The notes below the pieces were generated by a model, which saw nothing but the letters and a program-made list of their open reading frames with translations, was not told the origin of the DNA and made no database searches. A stretch of 58,444 nucleotides of DNA, from positions 1 through 58,444 of the IMG/VR virus record IMGVR_UViG_3300017963_004517. One strand, given 5' to 3'. A program made the translations under genes and the position numbers. Below are positions 19,458-30,390 of this stretch, piece by piece (position 1 is the stretch's first letter; every line of letters starts with the position of its first letter). Source of the DNA: a virus (taxonomy: Duplodnaviria > Caudoviricetes).

Positions 19458-20855
19458 TCAGTTCTCCACCAGCACAACATCAAACCCTGCGGCGATGGCT
19501 ATTCCTACCGCGCCTACAGCGGTGGCCTGAGCGGTCATCCTGATGTCTACGCCCCCTGCGAACCTTTCAGGCTCTTCATAAACGTGCTGGATGTAACTGG
19601 TGCCTACGTCACTGATACTGGTCACGTGTTTTAGCTGCCACGCTTTCCAACTACCGGCAACAGAATCGTATTCACGCGCCCATAACCTAATGATGTACTG
19701 GCTCGTTTTTGATGCCCCTGCGGTAGATGCGTACCAATCACGCATGTAGCCAACGCGGTCAATCGGGATGGTATAAACGGCCATCAGGGTCTGGTTATTT
19801 GCGCCCTGAATCACCAAGCGCACTTTCGTTTTGTCAGTCGGGACACCGCTACTGATAGCGGTATTTTCATACACATAAATGTAACCGTTGAAGGCCGTAG
19901 CGCTATTGTTCTTCCCTCTGAACACGCGGAGCAGTGGAGTAGTCAGAGCAACCCTGTTCTGTCCGTTCAGCGTGACGCTCTGATCGACCAACTCAAGGTC
20001 GGCATTTAGACCCTGCAAAACAACGACCTGCGTGTCGGCGCTGTTGCTGGAACTAATACTGTCAATGGCGGCGGTAGTGCTGTACACGTAGCTCATCAGG
20101 TTGAGATTACCATCGTCTGCCCCATCCCAAACCGTGACCTCCCCGTCACCCGTATCGAAATCGGGCGCTTGCCCGAACTTGTGGACAAAGGTCGTTCCTT
20201 CCACATCTCCCTTGGCGATGGCTAATCCGTTCTCAGCGTCAGTGACGCGCAGGTTCCCGGATAGGGTTGCGCCGATATTGCTGTATACATTGCTGCCTTG
20301 ATCAGCGGCCAGGATGGAGCGTATCAGGCCAGCGTCATCCTCGCCGCTAATATCATCGCGTACCCTGTGCGACCACTGGACGCCAGCCATAAATGAGTAC
20401 ATGACCGTAATGTGAAAATGGTCAGACGCGATCATATCCTCACTGCCATTGACATAGACTAAACGGAAGTAAGGCGCTACACGCTGGAGCTTCCAGGTTT
20501 TGAATTTTCCGAGGCCTAAATGGGTGAACTCGTCAGTCGTGTGCCAGTGGTCATTATCTACCGAGAACTGCGCCTGAACGCCATCAGTGGCAGAGGGGTG
20601 GTCAGAATAAATGGAGATCGTTATTTCAGCGTAGGAAAGGATGGATTCGGCTGTGCCTATAAAACTCTCTCCCGCCGCCAGTTTCTCAGTAGACGAATTC
20701 AAGGTAGACAGAATGACGTTCTGCCCGGATGCCAAAGCGGTGGCCACCAGTACGGCATGGGTGCCATCTCCTTGGTCAATCCACTTTCTGATAATGTCAA
20801 TGTTGGCAGTATCTCCAAAGCCGTTGATCCGAAGTGTATCAAGTTTGTCGCTCAT
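19458..20855 (-). CDS. Putative virion structural/fibre-associated beta-rich protein
   Basis: Beta-rich, YFRLVYVNG, VHKFG, SISSSNSADT..V.LQGL pattern seen in phage structural genes. Confidence 0.55.
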   Translation of the reverse strand: MSDKLDTLRINGFGDTANIDIIRKWIDQGDGTHAVLVATALASGQNVILSTLNSSTEKLAAGESFIGTAESILSYAEITISIYSDHPSATDGVQAQFSVDNDHWHTTDEFTHLGLGKFKTWKLQRVAPYFRLVYVNGSEDMIASDHFHITVMYSFMAGVQWSHRVRDDISGEDDAGLIRSILAADQGSNVYSNIGATLSGNLRVTDAENGLAIAKGDVEGTTFVHKFGQAPDFDTGDGEVTVWDGADDGNLNLMSYVYSTTAAIDSISSSNSADTQVVVLQGLNADLELVDQSVTLNGQNRVALTTPLLRVFRGKNNSATAFNGYIYVYENTAISSGVPTDKTKVRLVIQGANNQTLMAVYTIPIDRVGYMRDWYASTAGASKTSQYIIRLWAREYDSVAGSWKAWQLKHVTSISDVGTSYIQHVYEEPERFAGGVDIRMTAQATAVGAVGIAIAAGFDVVLVEN

Positions 20856-20983
20856 CTTTTTCGCCTTCCGTATAAAACGCGATATGGTCCGGGCACTTCA
20901 ACCGTTTCTCAATAACCTCCGACCCCAGGCCATTCTTGCGAATCAAAACTGTTATATGCGCTGATTTCGGCTTCCCGCAAATT

Positions 20984-21853
20984 TTACACATGAGCTCTCC
21001 TGGCCGGCACGGAAGCCCCGCCCGAAGTGGACGGGGTCGTAGACGTAGAAGCGCAAAACAAACCCATGGCCTCGAACAGACCGTGACTATGGTCAACCCA
21101 CCGCAACCCATCGCGCTCGAACAAAGGTTCTAACGTCCCCAACCATCGGGCTCCCTGCAGCCAGTCGTGCTGGGTCTGCAGGCCGGCGAACTGCGTGAAC
21201 ATCCTCCCGGTCCGGAACCGGTCCGGTTGATACTTCGGATATTTATACCAATGGTCCAGACTGCAAAAATCCATCCCAATGGTGTGAACTTCCGCGCACC
21301 CCAGGATGCCGGCCAAATGGATCGCCTGGGTGCCAACAGTCCCGACCCGAAACTGTATACGCTCCGAAGTCAATGCTCCAGGATGGTCGAAGAGAGGGCC
21401 GGCCAGGAACCCGTCCCCATACGCTCGAAAATTGAACCGTACGAACTGCGCCTCGTAATCGTCCCCGAGCTCGCCCATGCGCTTGATCTTGACCACGTTC
21501 CTGATACGGTCATCAATCAGGACCGGATCTTTCCAATTCAAAAACGAATACAACCGCCGGCGAGCATGATGGTCAGGGGATAGTATCCTCATCATCTGCC
21601 GATACCGCTCCTCACCCTTCGCAGCACGGCCGGCAGCCAGGTGCATATTTTCCACGACCAAATGATAATCCAGATCGTCTATCTCGAAGCATACCCCATT
21701 GACGCCAATGACCACATCCGGATCCAGGGAGTCTCTCAAGGATTGCCAGCCCCGAGCCGACTCTCCTCCTAAGATCACCAAAGCCGTGCCTCCATAGTTG
21801 GAGGCCGTGAGGTTATTCATACCCTGCGGGTTATCCGGTCTCACGCCTTCCAC
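20984..21853 (-). CDS. Maf/DUF115-like protein (paralogue of 15939-16793)
   Basis: ALVILGGES, VIGVN, AGILGCAEVHTIGMDF, YQPDRFRT, WVDHSHGL. Confidence 0.6.
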   Translation of the reverse strand: MEGVRPDNPQGMNNLTASNYGGTALVILGGESARGWQSLRDSLDPDVVIGVNGVCFEIDDLDYHLVVENMHLAAGRAAKGEERYRQMMRILSPDHHARRRLYSFLNWKDPVLIDDRIRNVVKIKRMGELGDDYEAQFVRFNFRAYGDGFLAGPLFDHPGALTSERIQFRVGTVGTQAIHLAGILGCAEVHTIGMDFCSLDHWYKYPKYQPDRFRTGRMFTQFAGLQTQHDWLQGARWLGTLEPLFERDGLRWVDHSHGLFEAMGLFCASTSTTPSTSGGASVPARRAHV

Positions 21854-22137
21854 ACCTTCTCCAATGCCTTACGCTTCTCGATCTCAGCAGCCAACAACAT
21901 GGTATTCTCATCCAGCTTTCTGGTCAGGTCGTCTATCTCTTCTCTCAACTTGCGGTTCTCCTGTGTCAGCGAGTCAATGGTCTCCTGCATGGTCTGGATG
22001 GTAGACGCTCTCAGTCCGTTTATGTGCGCTGCCTGTGACGGCCGATCCTTGCGCCACTGCAAATAGAACAGCACGATGTTAAATGCGGCGGTGACCAGCA
22101 GGGGCAAAATGATCTGGTAAAAGATACTAGTGTCCAT
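21841..22137 (-). CDS. TM + coiled-coil protein (holin/spanin-like)
   Basis: N-terminal TM then heptad repeats. Confidence 0.55.
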   Translation of the reverse strand: MDTSIFYQIILPLLVTAAFNIVLFYLQWRKDRPSQAAHINGLRASTIQTMQETIDSLTQENRKLREEIDDLTRKLDENTMLLAAEIEKRKALEKVWKA

Positions 22138-22420
22138 TGCGTGTTGCGAAGTTTTTCAGCCACATCAAATACGCGATCATGCTGGTCTGCACCAGCCTCA
22201 GGATTGCGGACAGGTTGGTTCGACTTTGGGATAGCGAGGTCAAATCTTCGCCGGACGTCAGGATCCATCCGTAATAGGCTGCTCCCAACAACCCAAAAAT
22301 GAGGTACAAAACAATAGAGAATCGTTTCGTCGGACGTAACCATAATCCTACTAGCGCACCAACCACAATGAGCAAATGCACTCCTAATATAACCCATTGA
22401 CTGACAATGCGTACAGTCAT
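22127..22420 (-). CDS. Small three-TM membrane protein
   Basis: Start MTVRIV abuts the fibre stop codon; hydrophobic. Confidence 0.55.
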   Translation of the reverse strand: MTVRIVSQWVILGVHLLIVVGALVGLWLRPTKRFSIVLYLIFGLLGAAYYGWILTSGEDLTSLSQSRTNLSAILRLVQTSMIAYLMWLKNFATRNGH

Positions 22421-24312
22421 CAATACTCCAACACTCCCACATAACCGCGCATTCGTGGGCCTGTGGACGTAGCATTGTTGACCACCTGATAACCCCATAG
22501 ATCACTCGCATTCAAGTTCGCTGTTCCAGTAGCCGAGTAAGTGCCGGCAGCCGACCCTGCTGGGATGGTCAAGGAAAAGCCACTTGCAGCGCCATTGACC
22601 AGAACAGTGATAACCAGGCTGCCGGTCGCGGGCTGCGCATCGCCAGTCACAAAGGTTATGCTTGTAACCGTTGCCTTCACACTGGTCGGCAACTGAGATG
22701 CGCCTGTTTGCAACCCTGCCTCGGACTGAGGGCCTAAATAGCGGGTACTGGATGCTGGAACCTGCCCGTTTGCGCCTGTTCCCGTCCATTGCTCTTTTGG
22801 TGCCCTTGAATCAACATACGCTTTGATCGATTGCTGGCTGGCTACCTTTGTAGCATCATCGGATGCCATGTCGTCCTCGTCCAAAAACCAACTATACGAG
22901 GACAGGTCGGTAACTGCCTGCAGCTTACTTTCAATATACGTCCAGACGCGAGACATCAAAATCCAGACCGGATTCCCGCTGGAGTCATCGTCCCCTAAAA
23001 GACGATCAGCGTCCTCCAGGGCAGCCCCGATCTCAGACCCGGATGTTGTGTCAACGTCGTCCACATCCCCATCCCAGGCGGTTACCGCGTGACTGTGCAA
23101 GACCGTTTCACTTCCATCAGTCAGTTCTTCTAGTTCCGCCCCACTCACGTCGGTCGCCGCATCATTGCCCGATATATCCGTATAATCTGGGGTTGGTTCG
23201 AACTTACCGGAAATATACGTCCAGATCCTCGACATCAAAATCCAGACCGGATTGCCGCTTGAATCATCGTCCCCTAAAAGACGATCAGCGTCCTCCAGGG
23301 CAGCCCCGATCTCAGACCCGGATGTTGTGTCAACGTCGTCCACATCCCCATCCCAGGAACCCCCGCCGGCCTGGGGAAGCGCGTCGATCTTCGCCTCGAG
23401 CTCCTCCAGAGCATCCTGGACATTAGTTGACTCGATACATCCATACGGATCCACAACAACATATTGGGCAGAATGGAAGTGATAGCCATCAGCACTGAAA
23501 TTCTTGACAAGAGCATCCCACTGCGCTTCTGATAGGTGGTAAGCCTCCAGGACTCCCAGATAGTCCCCGCCCCCGTCGATGTCTGATAGTCTGTTGTGAG
23601 GTGGAACAGGATCGTAGAGGCAGAGCCTGGGATCCACGAAATCATACAAGCCTCCTGGATCCCGGCTGATCGCCGCCTGGCTGGCGTAGAGCCTGACCGC
23701 GCATAATGGGTGATCCGTGATAATCGGAATATCATCCAGGGTCAAAGCGTCTTTGTTCAGGGCAGCACTGCCGGCTGTGACAGAAACCGTTCCTGTGTCA
23801 TCGTACTCCAACAGGACATACAGTGCCCCGGATGCCGGCTGGTACCCGGACAGATCCACCTGTTGATTGGCCAGCACTCCGAACTCTCCCAGGCTGGTGA
23901 TAAACACACCACCGAAAACCTGCACCGTGAACCCGCTATAGGGTAAAACCAGGAATGGCTTGAGTTGATCCTTGCTGATGAAAATCGGATTCTCGTCCCC
24001 GTAGCCATGGGTGTGGGGAGCGACATACGACTCGGAATTATCGCCCCCGCCGTAAATGTTCCAAAAGCCAACCACGTACAACTCACGCCCCCGCTGCTCC
24101 ACATTGACCAGCCGGCCGGAAATATTCGGCACCGACACATTCGTAGCCAGAAAGGTGAAACCGCTAATAATGTCTCTGACATAGACCTTGCCCCCGCCGG
24201 CTGAAACTGTACCGTTCCGGTCTCCCAGGCTGGCAATAAAGCTCTTGGGCAGGTTTTGAAGTTGTCTCTGTTGAATCAGCGCCCGTTCGATTTGTAATCT
24301 AGTTTTTGGCAT
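22420..24312 (-). CDS. Tail fibre / minor tail protein with internal duplication
   Basis: Position after the hub gene; TNVQDALEEL and LDEDDMASD...SQQSIKAYVD fibre motifs. Confidence 0.75.
   Translation of the reverse strand: MPKTRLQIERALIQQRQLQNLPKSFIASLGDRNGTVSAGGGKVYVRDIISGFTFLATNVSVPNISGRLVNVEQRGRELYVVGFWNIYGGGDNSESYVAPHTHGYGDENPIFISKDQLKPFLVLPYSGFTVQVFGGVFITSLGEFGVLANQQVDLSGYQPASGALYVLLEYDDTGTVSVTAGSAALNKDALTLDDIPIITDHPLCAVRLYASQAAISRDPGGLYDFVDPRLCLYDPVPPHNRLSDIDGGGDYLGVLEAYHLSEAQWDALVKNFSADGYHFHSAQYVVVDPYGCIESTNVQDALEELEAKIDALPQAGGGSWDGDVDDVDTTSGSEIGAALEDADRLLGDDDSSGNPVWILMSRIWTYISGKFEPTPDYTDISGNDAATDVSGAELEELTDGSETVLHSHAVTAWDGDVDDVDTTSGSEIGAALEDADRLLGDDDSSGNPVWILMSRVWTYIESKLQAVTDLSSYSWFLDEDDMASDDATKVASQQSIKAYVDSRAPKEQWTGTGANGQVPASSTRYLGPQSEAGLQTGASQLPTSVKATVTSITFVTGDAQPATGSLVITVLVNGAASGFSLTIPAGSAAGTYSATGTANLNASDLWGYQVVNNATSTGPRMRGYVGVLEY
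22933..23357. repeat. 146-bp near-identical direct repeat (22933-23078, 23212-23357)
   Basis: Encodes WDGDVDDVDTTSGSEIGAALEDADRLLGDDDSSGNPVWILMSR.WTYI twice. Confidence 0.9.
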
Positions 24313-24323
24313 AACTCACCAAC

Positions 24324-27263
24324 TCACCAACTCACAAACCGAATATGGTTGATTGCGCACAGGGGAGCGACGCTGGCCAGGTTCCCGGTCTTGATCTCCC
24401 AGGTAGTTCCAAAGTCTGGCGTATATTTCACAACCTGGGTCGTGCCCGTCAAAAAAGCGGTTGGGGAACCCTTACAGTTTTCGAACATCCTGTACCCGAT
24501 CCCGAGACTGGCATCCACGTTCCCCCAGGAGGCACCGTAATCGGATGACTTCTTCGCCAAAGTATCTTCATCGCTACCCATCAGGTACTGGCCGGTCGGG
24601 TCACAGGCGATTAGCTGTGGGTAGTCGGAGCTATCTTGGTCGCCAATGTCAGGCTGTGCGGTAAGTGATGCAGCCCCATCGCCATCTATGATGGTTCTCA
24701 GGAAACGTTTGTCTAAGTTCCAAGCATACACGTAACCACCACCCCCAACGGCTCGATGGTGCGATGATGAAAATGTCTGCTGCGGGGGTGTAGTGGGGTA
24801 AGTTTGAGAGTTGACCTGTATCCCACCGGCTGCGCTAAACCGTGAGTAACACTGGCTCGAAAAGGCATTACTCCTTGCATGCTGACAAAACCACCCATCG
24901 CCATAGTGCACAACGTCGCTGCCCCAAATGCGTGCATCCAGTCCGGCTGCCGTTTGTGTCATGGTCGCCCCATCCCATAGATACACATCCATACTGCCAC
25001 TAGGACCTGAGAGCATCATCAATTCTTCGTCAACGTCTGGATTGACACCTATAGCCTCAATAGCAGTGGTCGGGGAGTCTGAATATATCTGCTCCCATGG
25101 TGCCCCCAACGACTCGGTCCTCCACAATTCCCAGCTATACCGCCGAACACTACCCAAAATGCACAAGGCGAAAATTGCCCCGCTGGGTGCAACCAAAACG
25201 CGCTGAACATCGTTGTACTCGGTGCTGGTCATGCCGGCATTCATCTGGAACCACTCAGGGTCATCCTCGTTGAAATTGGTTGTATATAAAAATCCAAAGT
25301 TGGAGGTCGAAATAAGCACTGTTGACGGACCAAGCGTTTCATCCCCGACCACTACCGGAGTCAAGGCCAAATCAATTGGAGGGAGTGGAGGGAGGGATGG
25401 AAGCGGGGGAAGTGGGGGGATAGCTCCATCGTCCACGCTATCCGGAATATCTCCATTGATTGATAATCCCTCAAACGTCTCAGGCTCTACCACCAAAAAA
25501 ACATCCAGTGCTCCAGCTTGTGGATTGTGTCTGAACTCCAGCCGGCGGGGAACCGCACTGCCATCGTAGCCGACTCCCCTGGGATCCTCAGCAGCCGACA
25601 CGGTCAGGTTGATGTATTGCCTTGGCCACAAGTCCAGCAAACGAGGCGCATGAACCAAATCGATCTCGTACTGGAAAGCGTTGTTTTTCCAGCCGAAATA
25701 CAACCCGCACATCTGATTACACTGGCTCTGACTCGAAACCAAATAGTTAGCTCCAGTCTCGGTCGATCCATAACGTTTGTGGATATGGCCAGGGGAAAGA
25801 GACACATAAGCGAGGGGATCCCCGCTCGCATTGACAGATACTCCAGACCAGTACAGCATGGACAAAACGTCATGCGTTTCCAGGACCTTGATACTAGACC
25901 AGTCTGATTCCGTAAGTGTGATCACCTCGGGAATAGATCCCCTGGAGGCTTCCATCTGTGGTTCTACTTCCACGAATAACCGGTTGAACCGGTCCACGCC
26001 AGGCCGGGCAAAAATGGTGGTCAGGGCAATTGTATTGACCTGCTCCCATAACGCACCTGTAATGGTTTTCAAGCCGGCCATGTATTTGGTATCACTGGTC
26101 AGGGTGACATCCATGATACGAGTTGCCGTCGTACGCCAATGCAGAAAATGCCAAAGCATCCGACGCACCGTCAACGCCTGCATATTTGTCCAGTCATCTG
26201 GAGTTGCAGCCGTGATCTCGATTCCCGACAGATAGCCCTCCATGCTCTTCATCCAATATGCCGCGTTGTGGATCGTGAACTCAACTGCACTCGACTTCTG
26301 ATGAAAGTCGATATTTTCCTGGGCAATCCAGCCAATCCCTAGAATATTCTCACTCCCGTTAATTGGGCAGGGAGGCGACTCGCTCACATTGTCCAGTGTG
26401 TCCTCAGTAACCAGGATAGCAAGCGCACGCTTGCGGATTGCGCTCACGCCGGCCCCCGTATCCATTTCAATGTTGAAGGCCAGCCCCCCGCTCTCATAGT
26501 CGTAACTCCAGCCGCGCAGCCTGGCCTGCTTCAAAGGATTGTCGTCATCATAAATAACGATATACCGGACTCCCTTGAAACTCTTCCCGTTGGCAGCCGT
26601 GACTGTACAATAAGCCAGGTATGTGCCGGCAGTGCTGAACACTGCCGTAGGGGAAGCGATTGCAGCATTACTGATACTATCGGCCCCGGCTATCACCCAG
26701 GCATAACTCGATATAGTGCTATCCTCCACCCAGGATGCAGTGTCGGCGGACGGCCCCAACTGGACAGTCACCGTGCCGCCTGAGAGCTTCCCAACCTTAT
26801 GACTGCCCAGCACCGGCACCGGGTCAAAGTCCTCGTGCTGGTCAGAGTAATCAACATCATATTCCATCTTTGCCACGCCGCTAACCAACCGCACCGGACG
26901 CGACCAGAGTCCATAGTCGTCGACTACGGTCAGGTAGATCGTCCCCCCGGCATCCCACTCGATCTCGCTGATTTCCCCGACATAGAACGTGCCGGCGATG
27001 GGAGCCTTGCGGATCCGGCACATCCCCAGGTCGAACGCGCCGGCGCTGGTGCCGACGTAGAGGGTCATATCCGCCAAAACGTCCCCTAATGTACCCGAGC
27101 CGTTGGTAAACGCAATCTCGCCCACCTGATCGTTAGAAGTGGGCACTGTGTCGAGTTCTGCCGTGTAAATCGTGTGAAACTCAGGGAAAGCGACCTGGAT
27201 CCGGGTAGCGTGCCCACTGGATCGCAGCGTCACAAGCTCGCCGGCAGTATAAGCGCGTGCCAT
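24324..27263 (-). CDS. Tail tip/hub protein with PKD-like and C-terminal beta-propeller domains
   Basis: Follows the Dit-like gene; BNR/Asp-box SSDYGASW and TPDFGTTW; Pro-rich linker. Confidence 0.75.
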   Translation of the reverse strand: MARAYTAGELVTLRSSGHATRIQVAFPEFHTIYTAELDTVPTSNDQVGEIAFTNGSGTLGDVLADMTLYVGTSAGAFDLGMCRIRKAPIAGTFYVGEISEIEWDAGGTIYLTVVDDYGLWSRPVRLVSGVAKMEYDVDYSDQHEDFDPVPVLGSHKVGKLSGGTVTVQLGPSADTASWVEDSTISSYAWVIAGADSISNAAIASPTAVFSTAGTYLAYCTVTAANGKSFKGVRYIVIYDDDNPLKQARLRGWSYDYESGGLAFNIEMDTGAGVSAIRKRALAILVTEDTLDNVSESPPCPINGSENILGIGWIAQENIDFHQKSSAVEFTIHNAAYWMKSMEGYLSGIEITAATPDDWTNMQALTVRRMLWHFLHWRTTATRIMDVTLTSDTKYMAGLKTITGALWEQVNTIALTTIFARPGVDRFNRLFVEVEPQMEASRGSIPEVITLTESDWSSIKVLETHDVLSMLYWSGVSVNASGDPLAYVSLSPGHIHKRYGSTETGANYLVSSQSQCNQMCGLYFGWKNNAFQYEIDLVHAPRLLDLWPRQYINLTVSAAEDPRGVGYDGSAVPRRLEFRHNPQAGALDVFLVVEPETFEGLSINGDIPDSVDDGAIPPLPPLPSLPPLPPIDLALTPVVVGDETLGPSTVLISTSNFGFLYTTNFNEDDPEWFQMNAGMTSTEYNDVQRVLVAPSGAIFALCILGSVRRYSWELWRTESLGAPWEQIYSDSPTTAIEAIGVNPDVDEELMMLSGPSGSMDVYLWDGATMTQTAAGLDARIWGSDVVHYGDGWFCQHARSNAFSSQCYSRFSAAGGIQVNSQTYPTTPPQQTFSSSHHRAVGGGGYVYAWNLDKRFLRTIIDGDGAASLTAQPDIGDQDSSDYPQLIACDPTGQYLMGSDEDTLAKKSSDYGASWGNVDASLGIGYRMFENCKGSPTAFLTGTTQVVKYTPDFGTTWEIKTGNLASVAPLCAINHIRFVSW

Positions 27264-27640
27264 CAGTCCATTTGCTCCAACACGATGAAACGGATGGAGA
27301 CCTTCATGCTGTGGCTGTTCTGGATATCAGGTGACTCCACCGGCCATACCATCCGGCACCGGTAGGTATGCCAGACCAACTCTTCGTCAAGGGTGCGAGC
27401 ATATACCTCGGCCGATAGGTCGTCGGCACAAAACGCCTTGATAATATCTCGGTGGGTCTGGGATAGATAATTCCAATACCACTCAAACCAGGACCAGCCA
27501 CGGCCTGTGACTGTACCATCCGCCGCAGCCTTCCCCTCGCTGTATTTCTGGAAATGCTGGTAGGGAGCCGGCACGCCATATTCGACCAGGTAGTTCACCG
27601 GGTCGGCTATTTCGGAAAGGGCAAATTGATAAACGGTCAT
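27263..27640 (-). CDS. Distal tail (Dit-like) protein
   Basis: Size and position after the tape measure gene. Confidence 0.6.
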   Translation of the reverse strand: MTVYQFALSEIADPVNYLVEYGVPAPYQHFQKYSEGKAAADGTVTGRGWSWFEWYWNYLSQTHRDIIKAFCADDLSAEVYARTLDEELVWHTYRCRMVWPVESPDIQNSHSMKVSIRFIVLEQMD

Positions 27641-30390
27641 CAGATAATCCCGTGAATATTTTCAAGTAGTTCCTGAGTATCTTCCTTGATCATCCGTCGC
27701 TCTTCGTTGGAGATGGATCCATAGAACCGACGTTGATCATTCAGCACCATGCCGCCCCCGCCCCGAGCGACCGCTTGACCAAGCGACTGTTGGGTCAGCC
27801 GCCCTCCGACCAACCCCTCGAGCATCCGGGTCGTTGAACGCGAAGCCACGAATTCGCCGGCGCCCACGTACCCAGGCCCATACCCGCCGGCCTGGTGGGT
27901 CTCTTTATATCCGGGCAGGTTACTGCCGGCTGCCCCGGAGGTCGCCTCCAGGAACTGGAGCAGATCCTGCTGCATGCGCTGGTAATAATTGGCCCGGATT
28001 TGTTGCTCGTTCAGCAGATTGGCGTCCAGATCCCGCAGGATATCGTAGAATGCGTTACGTCTGTGAATCTGCTCTTCCCTGAATTGCTCTTGTAACTGGC
28101 GCAATCGTTCAGCGGTATCCCGCTTGGCCTGGGCAAGCTGGGCCTGGTGCTCTTCGGCCAACTGCTCGAGCCGCTCTTCGAATTGTTCCCTGGCCAGTTT
28201 TTGCTGGCGCTCGAAATCTTCCTGAGCCTGCTGCTGGCGAAACTCGAATTCCTGACGCCGGCGAGCTCGCTCTTGTGCGAACTCTTGCTCCCGGTCTTGC
28301 TGCTGGCGTTGAAAATCCTCACGCCGACGCTGACTGTCAGTGCGGTACTCCGACTCGGCATCCTGGCGCCGGCGATCATAATCGCGGTTCTCTTCGATAA
28401 TCCCCAGGGCATCCCGGGCGATAGCCAGGTCACGCAGCCGGTCGTGATGATCCTCTGCGAGCTTGCGCATTTCGCTTAGATGATCTTCACGCGAGCGACG
28501 CTCATCCCTCTGGAACTCTTCCTGAGCCTCGGCACGTTGTTCGTTGTAATTCCGGACCGCCTGGGCTTCGGAAAACGCGAATTGCTCTTCGGCCTGTTGT
28601 CGCTGATATTCGAAATTATCACGAGCCTGGGCACTGGATGCAGCAAACTGCGAAATCAGGCGAGCTCGTTGAGTGGCATAGTTGGCCTCGATCTGGGCGA
28701 TCTGACGCGCACCCTGTTCCACCACCTGGGCACGCTGCTTCATGTAGTTTTCTTCGGCCTGCTTCTCTTGCTGGCGATATTGGATAAAAGCATTTGTCGC
28801 CTGGGCCTGGACCGCCTCTTGGTTGAAGTCGCGCAATCCATCAGATAACTCGGAGGCAGACTGCGCAGCCTCTTCGGCAGCCTGGTCGACCTTCTCAGTC
28901 TCCCGAGCGTATCGGTTGATCCCAGGATAACCGCCTCCCCCAGCCGCAGCCTCACGCTGGGCTTCGTCTATCTTCTTCCCGAAATCGGTCTGTGCCAGGC
29001 CGGCGCTAACTGCTTCTACAATAGCCTTGGCAATCACAACCCCGACTGCAATCGAAATTCCACCACCGATAATTTTGCCAGCGGCCCCTCCGCCGGCGCC
29101 GGTCACCGCTCCCCCAGCACCTCCACCCCCAGGCAAGACAACGCCGGCCAGGTACTCACGCACGGAAGCCTGGAACCGGGTGGTCGCCAGGGAGTATTCA
29201 GCCGTGGCTGCCAGGTACTTGAAATCCGCGTAAATCTTGATCCCCTTAGAGACTGCAGCCCCAACTGCTCCCAGGGTCGCCACGACCAGGCCAGTATTGA
29301 GAGCCGCTTGTACTAATTCCGGATTCTGTTGAACAAACGCCGCCGCCTTTTCAGCGAGCTCGGCAGCCTGCTCATAAATGGGGAGCAGGGCTTGTGCCGA
29401 AGCCTCACCCAGATTCAACTGAGCGTTCTTGACTCGCTTGGATGCCGCAATCCACCGGTCGGCTGTCTCGTCTCCCTGGATGCCGGCGGCCTCTACAAAT
29501 TGGACATACTGACGGGCGCTAAGTGCCATCCCTCCGACAACTGCAGTGCCGGCTGCAGCCAAGACGGCAGATATTTGGCCAATGTCAGAAGCGGCTCGAT
29601 TGAGCTCGGCAATCTGTGAGGTTTGCTGCTCGTATCGCTCGTCAATCGCGTCCAGAGCCTTGACGTATTCTAAAAGTTTATCGTTTATCTCATCATACGA
29701 GTCGCGTGTGACCTCGGAAGCGCGATCCGTCGACCGTTCGATTTCTACGGTCTTTTTGTTTGTCGCCACAAGTTGTTTGTAATATTCCCCTGCGGCCTTC
29801 TTGGCCTCATCCCATGATTCGGCGCTTTCTTTTATTGGTAGAGGCCCTTTGGTTACTTGTAATGCAGGGTCAACCCCCTCGGCCTTTCTTGACATTTCTA
29901 CGGCAGCCGCAATGCCAGCCTGGCGACGCTGCTCTTCTCTTGCTAGATTTTGCTGTCGCTCAAATTGGACTAGCGCATTTTTGTAAATTCCAGTTAGTTC
30001 CGTGTTGACGTCGAATGCGCTACCTGTTTGGCCAGACAATAACCGGCGAAACGTCTCAATCCTACTCTGTGTTGCTTGCTCTGCGAACTGCTGCCCATAA
30101 CCGGCAGATGTCGCAGCCTGGCGTCTTTGTGCTTCGATATCCTCGCCGGGACGCCGGGTAAATGAAGCAACCTGCTTATAGTTCTCTGCTAACTTTACAT
30201 AGACCGCTTGAGTTTCTTTAATTCCCTCTACGTGAGCCTTAGAGACATCAGATAATTTTTTGCTCGTCTCTTTTGAAACATTGCCCAGAGAGTTGATCGC
30301 ATCTTCCGTCCTCTTCAAACCCTCCTCTGTGCGACGCTGTTCGCTGGGATCTAATGTCAATCCAAAAGATAAGTTTAAGTTATCAGCCAT
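27640..30390 (-). CDS. Tape measure protein
   Basis: 916 aa, Ala/Gln/Glu-rich helical with hydrophobic segments; follows the chaperone pair. Confidence 0.85.
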   Translation of the reverse strand: MADNLNLSFGLTLDPSEQRRTEEGLKRTEDAINSLGNVSKETSKKLSDVSKAHVEGIKETQAVYVKLAENYKQVASFTRRPGEDIEAQRRQAATSAGYGQQFAEQATQSRIETFRRLLSGQTGSAFDVNTELTGIYKNALVQFERQQNLAREEQRRQAGIAAAVEMSRKAEGVDPALQVTKGPLPIKESAESWDEAKKAAGEYYKQLVATNKKTVEIERSTDRASEVTRDSYDEINDKLLEYVKALDAIDERYEQQTSQIAELNRAASDIGQISAVLAAAGTAVVGGMALSARQYVQFVEAAGIQGDETADRWIAASKRVKNAQLNLGEASAQALLPIYEQAAELAEKAAAFVQQNPELVQAALNTGLVVATLGAVGAAVSKGIKIYADFKYLAATAEYSLATTRFQASVREYLAGVVLPGGGGAGGAVTGAGGGAAGKIIGGGISIAVGVVIAKAIVEAVSAGLAQTDFGKKIDEAQREAAAGGGGYPGINRYARETEKVDQAAEEAAQSASELSDGLRDFNQEAVQAQATNAFIQYRQQEKQAEENYMKQRAQVVEQGARQIAQIEANYATQRARLISQFAASSAQARDNFEYQRQQAEEQFAFSEAQAVRNYNEQRAEAQEEFQRDERRSREDHLSEMRKLAEDHHDRLRDLAIARDALGIIEENRDYDRRRQDAESEYRTDSQRRREDFQRQQQDREQEFAQERARRRQEFEFRQQQAQEDFERQQKLAREQFEERLEQLAEEHQAQLAQAKRDTAERLRQLQEQFREEQIHRRNAFYDILRDLDANLLNEQQIRANYYQRMQQDLLQFLEATSGAAGSNLPGYKETHQAGGYGPGYVGAGEFVASRSTTRMLEGLVGGRLTQQSLGQAVARGGGGMVLNDQRRFYGSISNEERRMIKEDTQELLENIHGII

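Noticed and set aside
22933-23357. DGR template/variable repeat pair
   Set aside because: Both copies are in frame in one gene, differences are few and not adenine-specific, and there is no reverse transcriptase in the window.
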